A DNA stretch of 64,000 nt from Steroidobacteraceae bacterium (GTDB lineage Bacteria > Pseudomonadota > Gammaproteobacteria > Steroidobacterales > Steroidobacteraceae), in assembly GCA_035501955.1 (NCBI GenBank), contig DATJVD010000052.1, positions 77,487 through 141,486 on the forward strand, written 5' to 3'. Below are positions 18,088 through 26,218 of the stretch, piece after piece. Every line of letters starts with the position of its first letter. The stretch's first letter is position 1. The position numbers and the translations under genes were made by a program. The notes beneath the pieces are model-generated. The model made no database searches. It saw only the letters and a program-made list of their open reading frames with translations, and was not told the origin of the DNA.

Positions 18088-19434
18088 CTATGGGCTGGCA
18101 AGGCTCTGCGCGACGGCGAGCTCGAGCCTCGTCACCAGCTCCGCCAGTTCCGCATCGGTCGCATTGTAGGGAGGCGCGACGATGATCGTGTCGCCCATGA
18201 CCCCGCCGACATGGCCGGCGCATGGATAGACGATGAGCCCGTTGTGAAACGCGCGCCGTGCAATCGTGTGGCTCACGGCGCGCTCTCTCGGGAACGGCGC
18301 CTTCGAGACGCGATCGCGGACGAACTCGATGCCGATCAGAAAGCCGCGGCCGCGCACGTCGCCGACCTCCTCGAAGCGCTCCAGCGATTCTCGGAGCGCG
18401 CTCCTGAGCGCCTCACCGGCTGCCCGGACGCGCGGCAGCAGCCCCTCCCGCTCGATGATGCGCTGCACGGCGAGGCCCGCGGCACACGCGGCGGTGTGAC
18501 CCGAATAGGTAAAGCCGGTGAGAATGGAGCTGTGCGCGGCGATTATCGTGTCACCGATTTCCTTGCGCAAAATGGTGGCGCCGAGCGGAATGTATCCGCC
18601 AGCCAAGCCCTTGGCGACAGCCATGATGTCGGGTCGTATCGCGTCGTGCTCGAGCGCCCGCCACGTGCCGCAGCGTCCCGAGCCGCACATCACCTCGTCG
18701 GCGATCAAGAGCACATCGTGTCGCTCACACACCTCGCGCACCGCGGCCGCGTATCCCGGCGGCGCGGGCACCACACCGGCCGCGGCGCCCACCACGGGCT
18801 CGAAGATGAAGGCCGCCACCTGTTCCGGGCCGAGTCTTTGAATGCATTCCTCGAGCTCGCGCGCGAGGTAGGAAACGAGCTCGGCGGCGGCGACGCCAGC
18901 TGCCGGGCGGTAGGCATTGGCCGCCGATACGAACGCGACATCGAGCAGACTGCGCTCGAAGGGACGGCGCCGCTCCGCGAATCCCGACACTGACAGCGCG
19001 CCGAGCGTGTTGCCATGATAGGAGCGCTCACGCGCTATGAAGCGCTGCTTGCTGCCCATGCCGCGCGCATTCCAGTATTGCAGCGCGACCTTCAGAGCCG
19101 ACTCGACCGCCTCCGAGCCGCTGCAGCAGTACACGATGTGAGCGAAATCGTCGCGGCCGCAGTTGCGCAGGATCAGCTCGGTCAGCCCCTCGAGAGCATC
19201 GCTCGTGAAGAGGTAGCGGTAGGCGCATGCAACCTGCGCGAGCTGTGCGACGATCGCCGCATTCACCTCGGAGTTGCCGTGGCCGATGCTGAAGGCCGCG
19301 GGACCTCCGGAGCCGTCGAGGTAGCGCCGGCCTTCCGTATCGAACAGGTAGCTGCCCATGCCCCGCGCGATCCGCGGTAAATTGTCGAGGCCGAAGCCGA
19401 TGGCCCTGGTGGCAGCATTCGAGGTTCTGTTCAC
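18088..19434 (-). CDS. Class-III (omega) aminotransferase
   Basis: 448 aa with YLDGSGGPAAFSIGHGN, LIADEVMCGSGRCG and PLP-lysine region DIMAVAKGLAGGYIPLG. Confidence 0.85.
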   Translation of the reverse strand: MNRTSNAATRAIGFGLDNLPRIARGMGSYLFDTEGRRYLDGSGGPAAFSIGHGNSEVNAAIVAQLAQVACAYRYLFTSDALEGLTELILRNCGRDDFAHIVYCCSGSEAVESALKVALQYWNARGMGSKQRFIARERSYHGNTLGALSVSGFAERRRPFERSLLDVAFVSAANAYRPAAGVAAAELVSYLARELEECIQRLGPEQVAAFIFEPVVGAAAGVVPAPPGYAAAVREVCERHDVLLIADEVMCGSGRCGTWRALEHDAIRPDIMAVAKGLAGGYIPLGATILRKEIGDTIIAAHSSILTGFTYSGHTAACAAGLAVQRIIEREGLLPRVRAAGEALRSALRESLERFEEVGDVRGRGFLIGIEFVRDRVSKAPFPRERAVSHTIARRAFHNGLIVYPCAGHVGGVMGDTIIVAPPYNATDAELAELVTRLELAVAQSLASP

Positions 19435-19467
19435 GGCTGGCTCTCGATCCCAAGCAATGGCGGCAGA

Positions 19468-20367
19468 CTACTCCACGACCGCCGCCGCACGGCTCACACT
19501 CTCATGTCGGGCCGATTGCAACATCGCGAGCGCCGCATACGCCACCACGCCGGCCACCAGCCAGCGCAGCGCCGTCAGGGGTAACTGTTTGACGATGAAG
19601 ATGGCGACCAGCACGCCGATGATGCCACCCAGCGTGAGACCCACGGAAGCGCCGAAGGCGAAGCGGCCGGACTTGAAGAACTGCAGGCTGGCAACCGGCT
19701 GCAGCATGCCGCAAGCACCCATCATGATCGGAAACGCGCCGAGCGGATGCAGACCGAGCAGCGCGAGCATCACCATCATCGGCGCATAGGCACCGATGCC
19801 CACGGTCATGAGTGCCCCGAGCACGAGACTCACGCTCACGGCGAACACGAATTTCCAGCCCGACAGTCCCATGGCGGTACCGCCTGCGGGAAACGCGCCG
19901 AGATTCGCCATGATGAAGAAGCACGACGCGATGAGCAGCGCCACTCCCATGAAGAGCTGAATACGCCGCCGCGACATGCCGCTCACCACGCCCGCGCCGA
20001 GCCACGCGCCGAGCGTTGCGCTTGCGATCATGCCCACGAGCAGCAGCGGCTCCACTGCGACCACGGTGACGAACACGACGGTCTCGACGAACGCGGCCGC
20101 GTTGTGCCCCACGTTCAGGGTGCCCGGAATGAGCTCATCGCGCGGCCGGCCACGGAACTTGAACAGTGCCGTCGTCGGCGCGAAGGAGCCGATCCCGAGG
20201 CCATCGAGAAAAGCCGTGACGAAACCGATGAGCGCATCGCCGATGGTCGGGCGCTCGGGCACGGCAGTGCCCCGCCTGGCGGCGCGCAGCCACGCGAGCG
20301 CGAACACGATGTCGACCACGACCAGTGCCGCGATCAGCCCGATCTTTGCGCCGCTCATGTCGACCAC
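19468..20367 (-). CDS. TauE/SafE-family anion (sulfite/organosulfonate) exporter
   Basis: 299 aa polytopic membrane protein with the two-halves repeat architecture and Gly-rich helices typical of TauE/SafE (DUF81). Confidence 0.75.
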   Translation of the reverse strand: MVDMSGAKIGLIAALVVVDIVFALAWLRAARRGTAVPERPTIGDALIGFVTAFLDGLGIGSFAPTTALFKFRGRPRDELIPGTLNVGHNAAAFVETVVFVTVVAVEPLLLVGMIASATLGAWLGAGVVSGMSRRRIQLFMGVALLIASCFFIMANLGAFPAGGTAMGLSGWKFVFAVSVSLVLGALMTVGIGAYAPMMVMLALLGLHPLGAFPIMMGACGMLQPVASLQFFKSGRFAFGASVGLTLGGIIGVLVAIFIVKQLPLTALRWLVAGVVAYAALAMLQSARHESVSRAAAVVE

Positions 20368-21671
20368 AGTCTGTGCGGAGGCCGCGCGCGGACGCGTGTC
20401 AGTGCATCGAGCGCGCGCAGCAGCTGCACCCCCGCGCGCGCACCGACACGCGCACAGCGATGCAGTGCAATCGGTCGCAGCGGCGTCACCGGAAAGCCGA
20501 GCTCCTCGACAGTCGCGCCAAGCGCGCGCCGCGCGAGCAGCCTACCCATCACGGTTGCGAGCGCCACGCCGCGTCCGTTGTATCCGAGCCCCGCCAGCAC
20601 ACCGGATGCGAGCTCGTGCAGGTGTGGCAGATGATCGCGCGTCAGAGCCACCAGCCCTCCCCAGCGATATTCGAACGGCAGTCCCGCGAGCTGCGGGAAG
20701 ATCTCGCGCACGGCGTGCTCATGATGGCGAGTATCGCGCGCGCGCGCCGTGCCGGCCAATGTGCCGCGCGCGCCCATGACGAGCCGGCCGCTCGCATCGA
20801 GGCGAAAGTAGCGCAGCAGTCGGCAGGTGTCGGAGGCGGCCTGCCCCTGTGGCAGAACCGTGCGCCGCAGCGGCTCGGGCAGCGGTGCCGTCGCCACTTG
20901 CAGCGACGGCACGGTGATCAGGCTGCGGCGCACGCCATCGACCAGGCCACCGCTGTAGGCGTTCGTCGCGAGAATCACGACCGGGCTCGTCACGGTGCCG
21001 CGCGGCGCCTCGATGCGCCACTCGCGCGCGGCATGCGTGAGCGAGATCGCCGGACTGCCACAGTAGATGCGCGCGCCGGCACGCAGCGCCGCGCGCGCCA
21101 GACCGCGCACGTAAGAGAGCGGCTGCACGGTGCCCCCGCGCCGATCGAGCCAGCCGCCATGGTAGCGCTCCGATCCCAGAAGAGCCGCCGCGTGGGCGCG
21201 CGTCAGCAGCTCCACCGGCGCTCCGCGCCCGCGCCACTGTGCGACGCGCGCGGCCAGCACCTCGAGCGCTTGCGCCGTCGCCGCCGGCTGAATCCAGCCT
21301 GCACGGACCGCATCGCACTCGATCGCGTGGGCGCGGATGAGATCGAACACCAGATCGGGGCCGGTGGCGACCGTTGCGATCAATCGCGCACCGAGCTCCG
21401 GGCCGAACATCCCCTCGAGCACGTCGGGATCGTGTTTGACGCCTGCGATCACCTGCCCGCCATTCACGCCCGAGGCGCATGTGCCGATAGCGGCAGCCTC
21501 CAGCACGATCACGTCCTTGCCGCATTCGGCCAAGTGCAGCGCCGCGGACAGACCGGTATAGCCGGCACCGACGATGGCCACCTCCGTGTGCGCCGCACCG
21601 CTAAGCTCCACGGGCGCCGGACCGGCCGCCGCAGTCGCAGACCACAGAGATCTGCCGTCGGACCCTCTCAT
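20355..21671 (-). CDS. FAD-dependent oxidoreductase (DAO family; gamma-glutamylputrescine oxidase / OrdL-like)
   Basis: Start reset to MRGSDGRSLW. Rossmann motif VAIVGAGYTGLSAALHLAECGKDVIVLEA. Its 3' end overlaps the TauE start by 13 nt. Confidence 0.8.
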   Translation of the reverse strand: MRGSDGRSLWSATAAAGPAPVELSGAAHTEVAIVGAGYTGLSAALHLAECGKDVIVLEAAAIGTCASGVNGGQVIAGVKHDPDVLEGMFGPELGARLIATVATGPDLVFDLIRAHAIECDAVRAGWIQPAATAQALEVLAARVAQWRGRGAPVELLTRAHAAALLGSERYHGGWLDRRGGTVQPLSYVRGLARAALRAGARIYCGSPAISLTHAAREWRIEAPRGTVTSPVVILATNAYSGGLVDGVRRSLITVPSLQVATAPLPEPLRRTVLPQGQAASDTCRLLRYFRLDASGRLVMGARGTLAGTARARDTRHHEHAVREIFPQLAGLPFEYRWGGLVALTRDHLPHLHELASGVLAGLGYNGRGVALATVMGRLLARRALGATVEELGFPVTPLRPIALHRCARVGARAGVQLLRALDALTRVRARPPHRLWST

Positions 21672-21682
21672 GGCCTCACTGC

Positions 21683-22336
21683 CTACCTCGCGGCCGCTTG
21701 CGATCGCTTGGGGCGCTGCGGACTGCGGCTCGACCCTGTGAGGGAAACGGGGAGGATACCGAACGCCGCGAGCAGATGGCTCGCGATGGCCGTGAAACGT
21801 CCCGGCTCTTCGTAGGAACGCGCCAACAGCATCGCTCCCTCGAGCCCGGCGGTGAGCGTGCGCGCCGCCTCGAGCGCCGAGCCGTTGAAGGGCAGATGCC
21901 CGTGCGCCCGGCCCCGCTCGAGAGTCGCGGCGAGCCACGTCTCATTCATGTCGAAGAACTGGCGCAACGCGCTCTGCATGCTCGACGGCAAAGTGGAGTA
22001 TTCGGCGGCGAGCATTCCGCACAGACACATGCGGTCCCGGACCAGCACGCTCTCATACAGGCGCACGTACTTGCGCAGAACCTGTTGCGCATCGGGGGAC
22101 TCGATCTGCGCCAGCGCCTCGTCAAAGCGCTTCGCGTAGCGCACGATGAGCGCGGCGCCGAGATCTGCCTTGGTGGCGAAGTGATAGTGCAGACTCGCCT
22201 TGGTGAGGCGCATCTCGGCAGCGATATCGGCGTAGCTGAAGCCGTTGAAGCCGCGCGTCTGAGCGAGCCGCTCGGCCACATCGAGCATCCGCGGCGCGGT
22301 TTCGGACGGCGCCGGCCTTTCACTGCGCTTACTCAT
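21683..22336 (-). CDS. TetR/AcrR-family transcriptional regulator
   Basis: 217 aa with the N-terminal HTH FNGFSYADIAAEMRLTKASLHYHF. It ends 11 nt before the DAO-type gene and is the first gene of the long minus-strand array. Confidence 0.85.
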   Translation of the reverse strand: MSKRSERPAPSETAPRMLDVAERLAQTRGFNGFSYADIAAEMRLTKASLHYHFATKADLGAALIVRYAKRFDEALAQIESPDAQQVLRKYVRLYESVLVRDRMCLCGMLAAEYSTLPSSMQSALRQFFDMNETWLAATLERGRAHGHLPFNGSALEAARTLTAGLEGAMLLARSYEEPGRFTAIASHLLAAFGILPVSLTGSSRSPQRPKRSQAAAR

Positions 22337-22364
22337 GCGCTCAAGTCTAGCAGCAGCTTGTCTA

Positions 22365-22384
22365 TCTACCTACTAGTTGGTAGA
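22365..22384. promoter_or_regulatory. Candidate TetR operator (20 bp imperfect palindrome)
   Basis: TCTACCtACTAGTtGGTAGA has 18 of 20 positions dyad-symmetric. It lies in the 79 bp divergent spacer, 28 nt from the tetR ATG and 31 nt from the cupin ATG. Confidence 0.5.
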
Positions 22385-22415
22385 ATCCGACGCGCTAACT
22401 CACTGGGAGAGTGTC

Positions 22416-22787
22416 ATGCACAGACACGAGACAGAGCACAAGACGTTTACCAAGCCCGACGAGACGCGGGAATTTTCGCGTGGCCGAGCCGAGCTACTGA
22501 AGATCGCAGGCGGTGAGGTCGGACGACTCGTGTTCCAGCCGGGCTGGCGCTGGTCGAACGATGTGAAGCCCATCGCGCGGACCGCAAGCTGCGAGGCGCC
22601 CCATTTCCAGTATCACGTGAGCGGACGGCTCGCGATCCGCATGGACGATGGCACCGAATTCATCGCCGGTCCTGGCGACATCACTTCGCTACCGAGCGGC
22701 CACGATGCCTGGGTCGTCGGCGACGAGCCGGCCGTCGTGATCGATTGGTTCGGCGCCAGCAGCTACGCGAAGAGCGGAGCGTCCTAA
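22416..22787 (+). CDS. Cupin-domain protein
   Basis: ATG preceded by GGGAGA. Product contains GRLVFQPGWRWSNDVKP...HFQYHVSGRLAIRMDDGTEFIAGPGDITSLPSGHDAWVVGDEP, the typical small-cupin barrel pattern. Confidence 0.7.
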   Translation: MHRHETEHKTFTKPDETREFSRGRAELLKIAGGEVGRLVFQPGWRWSNDVKPIARTASCEAPHFQYHVSGRLAIRMDDGTEFIAGPGDITSLPSGHDAWVVGDEPAVVIDWFGASSYAKSGAS

Positions 22788-23152
22788 GCCTGCGAGGGCG
22801 CGTCGAGGAAGCGCATGGCGCATACCTGCGCCACGACGACGAGCACGAGCGGTACGACGACCGGCATCAGCTTCGGGCACTGCAGGTAGACGACGGCACC
22901 GATCGGCAGCGCGAGGCTGATCGCGATACCGCGCGCGAGCAGTCGCTCGAGCTCGGTGCGGCGCTGATGGCCGAAAATGATGAGCATCGCGGGCAATCCG
23001 TACAGCGCCGCGAGCATTGCCATCTGAGCGAAGCGTAGATCGCGCGGCACACCGGGCATTTCGAGCGCGAATGCGACCAGCAGCGAGAGTGCTCCGCCGA
23101 GCACGGTCGCCTGCAGATTGCGGTTCACGATGCGCGCGATGGTCCGCTTCAT
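22784..23152 (-). CDS. Hypothetical membrane protein
   Basis: Three hydrophobic helices (ATVLGGALSLLVAFAL, MAMLAALYGLPAMLIIF, LMPVVVPLVLVVVAQV). The start is uncertain (23152 or 23239). No recognisable family. Confidence 0.35.
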   Translation of the reverse strand: MKRTIARIVNRNLQATVLGGALSLLVAFALEMPGVPRDLRFAQMAMLAALYGLPAMLIIFGHQRRTELERLLARGIAISLALPIGAVVYLQCPKLMPVVVPLVLVVVAQVCAMRFLDAPSQA

Positions 23153-23264
23153 CCGCCGGATCGTAGCAGCTCGGGTGCGATGCAACCGTGTTCCGGTCCC
23201 GGGCCCCATGCGAGTCGCCGATTCTGCGACGCGCATCAACTTTGTGGGCTAGCCGCTTTGCGGG

Positions 23265-24332
23265 CTAGGCGCGCGCGGGTCGCCGCTGCTCCTTCATGCC
23301 GCGAAACTCGACGAACTCGATGATGCGCGCCCACAGATAGTCCCCGTACAGGAACGGCGCGAAGCTCGCCGGATCATCTCCGGGAAGCGGTCGGATCTCA
23401 GCATCCGCGCGCGCCTCATAAAAGAACGGGATGGAGAAGCGCTCGTGTGCGGCGCCGATCACACGGTGCTCAGTGGCGCGAATGCGCCCGGCGCTCCAGC
23501 GCTCGAGTACCTGGCCGAAATTCACGACCAGCGCGCCTTCCTGTGGAGGTACGTCGATCCACTGACCATTGCGCGCCCGCGCCTGCAAGCCCGGCGCGTC
23601 GTCCTGCGCGAGTAGCGTGACGAATCCCGAATCGGTGTGCTCGGCGCCCGTAAGGTAACGCCGCTCGCCCTGGTGCACGACCCAAACGTCGGGCGCGCAG
23701 CCCGCCAGCTCCTCTGCCGAGCGCGTGGGATAGTGCAACAACCGCAGCGTCGATAAGCCCTGGTGAAAGGAGGCGTCGAAGAAGTCCTGGGGCAGCTGCA
23801 GGCTGCGTGCGATGGACTGCATGAGGGCTCTGCAGATCTTCTCCATGGCGAGGTAGTAGGCAGCGGCGGCCGCACACCACCCAGGAAGCTGAGATTCAGG
23901 CGGCCGCGGCGTGCGCTCCCGCAACGGGTCGCGCTCATCCGTCACGGCTGCTCCATGGGCGATGTCGCCCCCGAGGTCCATGCCTTGCTTGGAGGTCACG
24001 TTGCCCGGCTGCAGCGGGAACCAACCGCGGTATACGTTCTGATTGCGCGGCTCGAACTTCGCGCGCCACAGCGTGCGCAGGACGGCGGGCGGGAGCGCAA
24101 AGATCCGCAGCAGCTGCGCCCGCGCCGCGCGGCCGACGGGCGCATCCGCGGGCAGTCCCTTGATGGTCATGAATCCCACGTCGGCCGCGGCCGCCACCAC
24201 CGCGGCATCGACGCGATCGCGTGCGCTCCCCGCCGCGCCGAACAGCGCGCCGATATCGATCGTCGGAGCGACGGGCTCGGCTGCAGCGCTCAATGCGGCG
24301 CCGGAAACTCGCGCGCGGCATGCATCAGCCAC
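23265..24332 (-). CDS. 2-oxoglutarate/Fe(II)-dependent oxygenase (isopenicillin N synthase family)
   Basis: 355 aa with Fe-binding HxD in GAEHTDSGFVTLLAQDD, distal His in ATEHRV, and RFSIPFFYE. Confidence 0.8.
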   Translation of the reverse strand: MADACRARVSGAALSAAAEPVAPTIDIGALFGAAGSARDRVDAAVVAAAADVGFMTIKGLPADAPVGRAARAQLLRIFALPPAVLRTLWRAKFEPRNQNVYRGWFPLQPGNVTSKQGMDLGGDIAHGAAVTDERDPLRERTPRPPESQLPGWCAAAAAYYLAMEKICRALMQSIARSLQLPQDFFDASFHQGLSTLRLLHYPTRSAEELAGCAPDVWVVHQGERRYLTGAEHTDSGFVTLLAQDDAPGLQARARNGQWIDVPPQEGALVVNFGQVLERWSAGRIRATEHRVIGAAHERFSIPFFYEARADAEIRPLPGDDPASFAPFLYGDYLWARIIEFVEFRGMKEQRRPARA

Positions 24333-25189
24333 TCACGAAACTGCGCGACCTTGGGCAAGGACAGATACGGTACCGGGCACACGAAATAATATGCGGAGCC
24401 GTAGGGCAGCACCTCCCGGCCCGCGATCTTCAACGTGCCCTTCTGCAGCGAGCGCGCCACCAGCGTCCAGCGCATCAGAGCAAAGCCGAGCCCCTCCTCG
24501 GCCGCGGTGAGCAGGCCTGCCGAGTCGTCGATCGACGGCGAGCGCGAGGTCCACTCCCGTTGCGCGTCGGCCTGCTGCCATACGCGCCACGGCTCATCGT
24601 CGCTATCGAGCAGCGGTACCTCCTCGAGGTCGGAGCTGCGCTCGAGCAACCCGTAGCGTTTGATGAGCTCGGGATGCGCGACCGGCACCATCCATTCGTC
24701 GAGAAACTTCTCCACGTGCAGGTTGGGGTACTCGCCGCGTCCGAAGCGCAGCGCGACGTGCACGGGCGCGCGCGAGAAATCCACGAGCTCGCGCGAGGTA
24801 TGAAAGCGCAGCGTCACCTCGGGCCACTTGCGCCGGAACGCACGAATGCGCGGCAGTAGCCAGATCTGCAGGAACGAGGCGAGCAGCGTGATCTGCAGCG
24901 GGCCGCCGCGCCGGTGCTGCTTAATGTGCTGCAGCGCCGCCTCGAGCTCGCGCAGGCCGGCGCGCACGCCTGGCAGGAGCTCCAGTCCCTCGTCGCTGAC
25001 CGCGACGCGGCGCCCGTTGCGACGAAACAGCGGCACCTGCAGGTAGTCCTCGAGCGATTTGATCTGTTGACTCACGGCCGCCGGCGTGACGTTGAGCGCC
25101 TCGGCGGCGGCACTGAAGCTCAGGTGCGAGGCGACCGCCTCGAACACGCGCAGGGCGCCCAGCGGCAGTCGGTCATAGGCCGTCGGCAC
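24290..25189 (-). CDS. LysR-family transcriptional regulator (GcvA-like)
   Basis: 299 aa with HTH LRVFEAVASHLSFSAAAEALNVTPAAVSQQIKSLE. Its 3' end overlaps the start of the 2OG oxygenase ORF by up to 43 nt. Confidence 0.9.
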   Translation of the reverse strand: MPTAYDRLPLGALRVFEAVASHLSFSAAAEALNVTPAAVSQQIKSLEDYLQVPLFRRNGRRVAVSDEGLELLPGVRAGLRELEAALQHIKQHRRGGPLQITLLASFLQIWLLPRIRAFRRKWPEVTLRFHTSRELVDFSRAPVHVALRFGRGEYPNLHVEKFLDEWMVPVAHPELIKRYGLLERSSDLEEVPLLDSDDEPWRVWQQADAQREWTSRSPSIDDSAGLLTAAEEGLGFALMRWTLVARSLQKGTLKIAGREVLPYGSAYYFVCPVPYLSLPKVAQFREWLMHAAREFPAPH

Positions 25190-25287
25190 GTTAAGAAGAC
25201 CTTACAAGATGCTCAAGATTTGCGTTTGTTGCGCGTCGCGCGGGCGCGCATCGTGTGCGCATCGAAACCCAATACAGGAGTCCACAC

Positions 25288-25410
25288 ATGAACAGCCGCA
25301 CCAACATTGCCCGCCTTGCGCAGACGACCGCGGCCGCCATCATCGCCATCGCAGAGTTCGCAGCCGCCGAGCTGCTGCTGCTCCAGCTGACTCATCTCAC
25401 GCTCGGCTGA
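25288..25410 (+). CDS. Candidate 40-codon mini-ORF (leader peptide or small hydrophobic protein)
   Basis: ATG lies 7 nt after ACAGGAG. Product is MNSRTNIARLAQTTAAAIIAIAEFAAAELLLLQLTHLTLG. It is below the ORF-track size cutoff. It is divergent from the LysR gene and upstream of the DsbA-like gene. Confidence 0.25.
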   Translation: MNSRTNIARLAQTTAAAIIAIAEFAAAELLLLQLTHLTLG

Positions 25411-25431
25411 TGGCACCGCTCAGTGAGGGCG

Positions 25432-25486
25432 CCCGCCCACCGCAGAGTATACCGTGGCAGGTCGCGCCACGATTGTGGTGGGCGGG
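25432..25486 (+). promoter_or_regulatory. Nested stem-loop in the 5' leader of the DsbA-like gene
   Basis: A perfect 10 bp outer stem, CCCGCCCACC (25432-25441) with GGTGGGCGGG (25477-25486), encloses a 6 bp inner stem, CGTGGC (25453-25458) with GCCACG (25466-25471). Confidence 0.3.
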
Positions 25487-25509
25487 ACGTCGGCTTAGGA
25501 TCGAATGCC

Positions 25510-26076
25510 ATGCATCAGCCGACCCGCAAAGACCTGTCCGATCCGGTGACCGCCACGGATCACGTCCGCGGCGCCCCGCACGCACGCGTCACGGTGGTGG
25601 AATATGGCGACTTCGAGTGTCCCACGTGCAAGCAGGCGGTGACTGCCGTGAAGCTGCTCCTGGAGCGTTTTCCGGAGCAGGTCCGCTTTGCGTTTCGGCA
25701 TTTCCCGCAGGAGTCCCTGCACCCGCATGCGCTGCAGGCGGCCGAGGCCGCCGAGTGCGCCGCAGGTCAGGGTAAGTTCTGGCTCATGCACGACCTGCTG
25801 TTCGAGAACCAGACTCATCTCGCGCCCAAGCATCTGCACGCGTACGCAGAGCGCCTCGAGCTCGACATGCCGCGCTTCACGGCGGAGATGGATGACGAGG
25901 TCTACCGCCAGCGCATACGCGAGCAGATCGCAGGCGGCCGTGCGAGCCGCGTGCGTGCAACGCCCGGCTTCTTCGTGGATGGCCGCATCATCGATGTCTC
26001 ATTCGATCTGCACGCGCTGCTCGATGCAACTGCGGCAGCCTTGCAGCAGTCAAATCCGAGCGCTCGCGGGATCTAA
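25510..26076 (+). CDS. DsbA-family thioredoxin-fold protein (CPTC active site)
   Basis: Start reset to MHQPTRKDL. Motifs VTVVEYGDFECPTCKQ, FAFRHFP and TPGFFVDGR. No obvious signal peptide. Confidence 0.75.
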   Translation: MHQPTRKDLSDPVTATDHVRGAPHARVTVVEYGDFECPTCKQAVTAVKLLLERFPEQVRFAFRHFPQESLHPHALQAAEAAECAAGQGKFWLMHDLLFENQTHLAPKHLHAYAERLELDMPRFTAEMDDEVYRQRIREQIAGGRASRVRATPGFFVDGRIIDVSFDLHALLDATAAALQQSNPSARGI

Positions 26077-26078
26077 GT

Positions 26079-26106
26079 CAGCCCGAGCGCGGTCTCGCTC
26101 GGGCTG
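26079..26106. terminator. Hairpin shared by the convergent DsbA-like gene and the mini-ORF (bidirectional terminator candidate)
   Basis: CAGCCCGAGCG-cggtct-CGCTCGGGCTG is a perfect 11 bp GC-rich stem. It starts 3 nt after the DsbA-like stop and is followed by cacagCTTTACTTT on the plus strand. Confidence 0.55.
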
Positions 26107-26119
26107 CACAGCTTTACTT

Positions 26120-26218
26120 TCACCTGCCGCGGGTCAGCTGGATGCGCAGGATGGTGCACGCGTAGCTGACCAATCCGACCAGGATGCCGGTGATCTGAAC
26201 GCCGAACAGGAAGTTCAT
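26120..26218 (-). CDS. Candidate 32-aa single-helix membrane mini-protein
   Basis: GAGGAG lies 7 nt upstream of the ATG. Product is MNFLFGVQITGILVGLVSYACTILRIQLTRGR, a hydrophobic helix with a basic tail. It is below the ORF-track cutoff. Confidence 0.35.
   Translation of the reverse strand: MNFLFGVQITGILVGLVSYACTILRIQLTRGR

Noticed and set aside
25209-25775. 188-aa plus-strand ORF covering the LysR-DsbA spacer
   Set aside because: It is out of frame with the well-supported DsbA-like ORF and has no motifs. The region is better explained by a mini-ORF, a structured leader and the DsbA-like gene.
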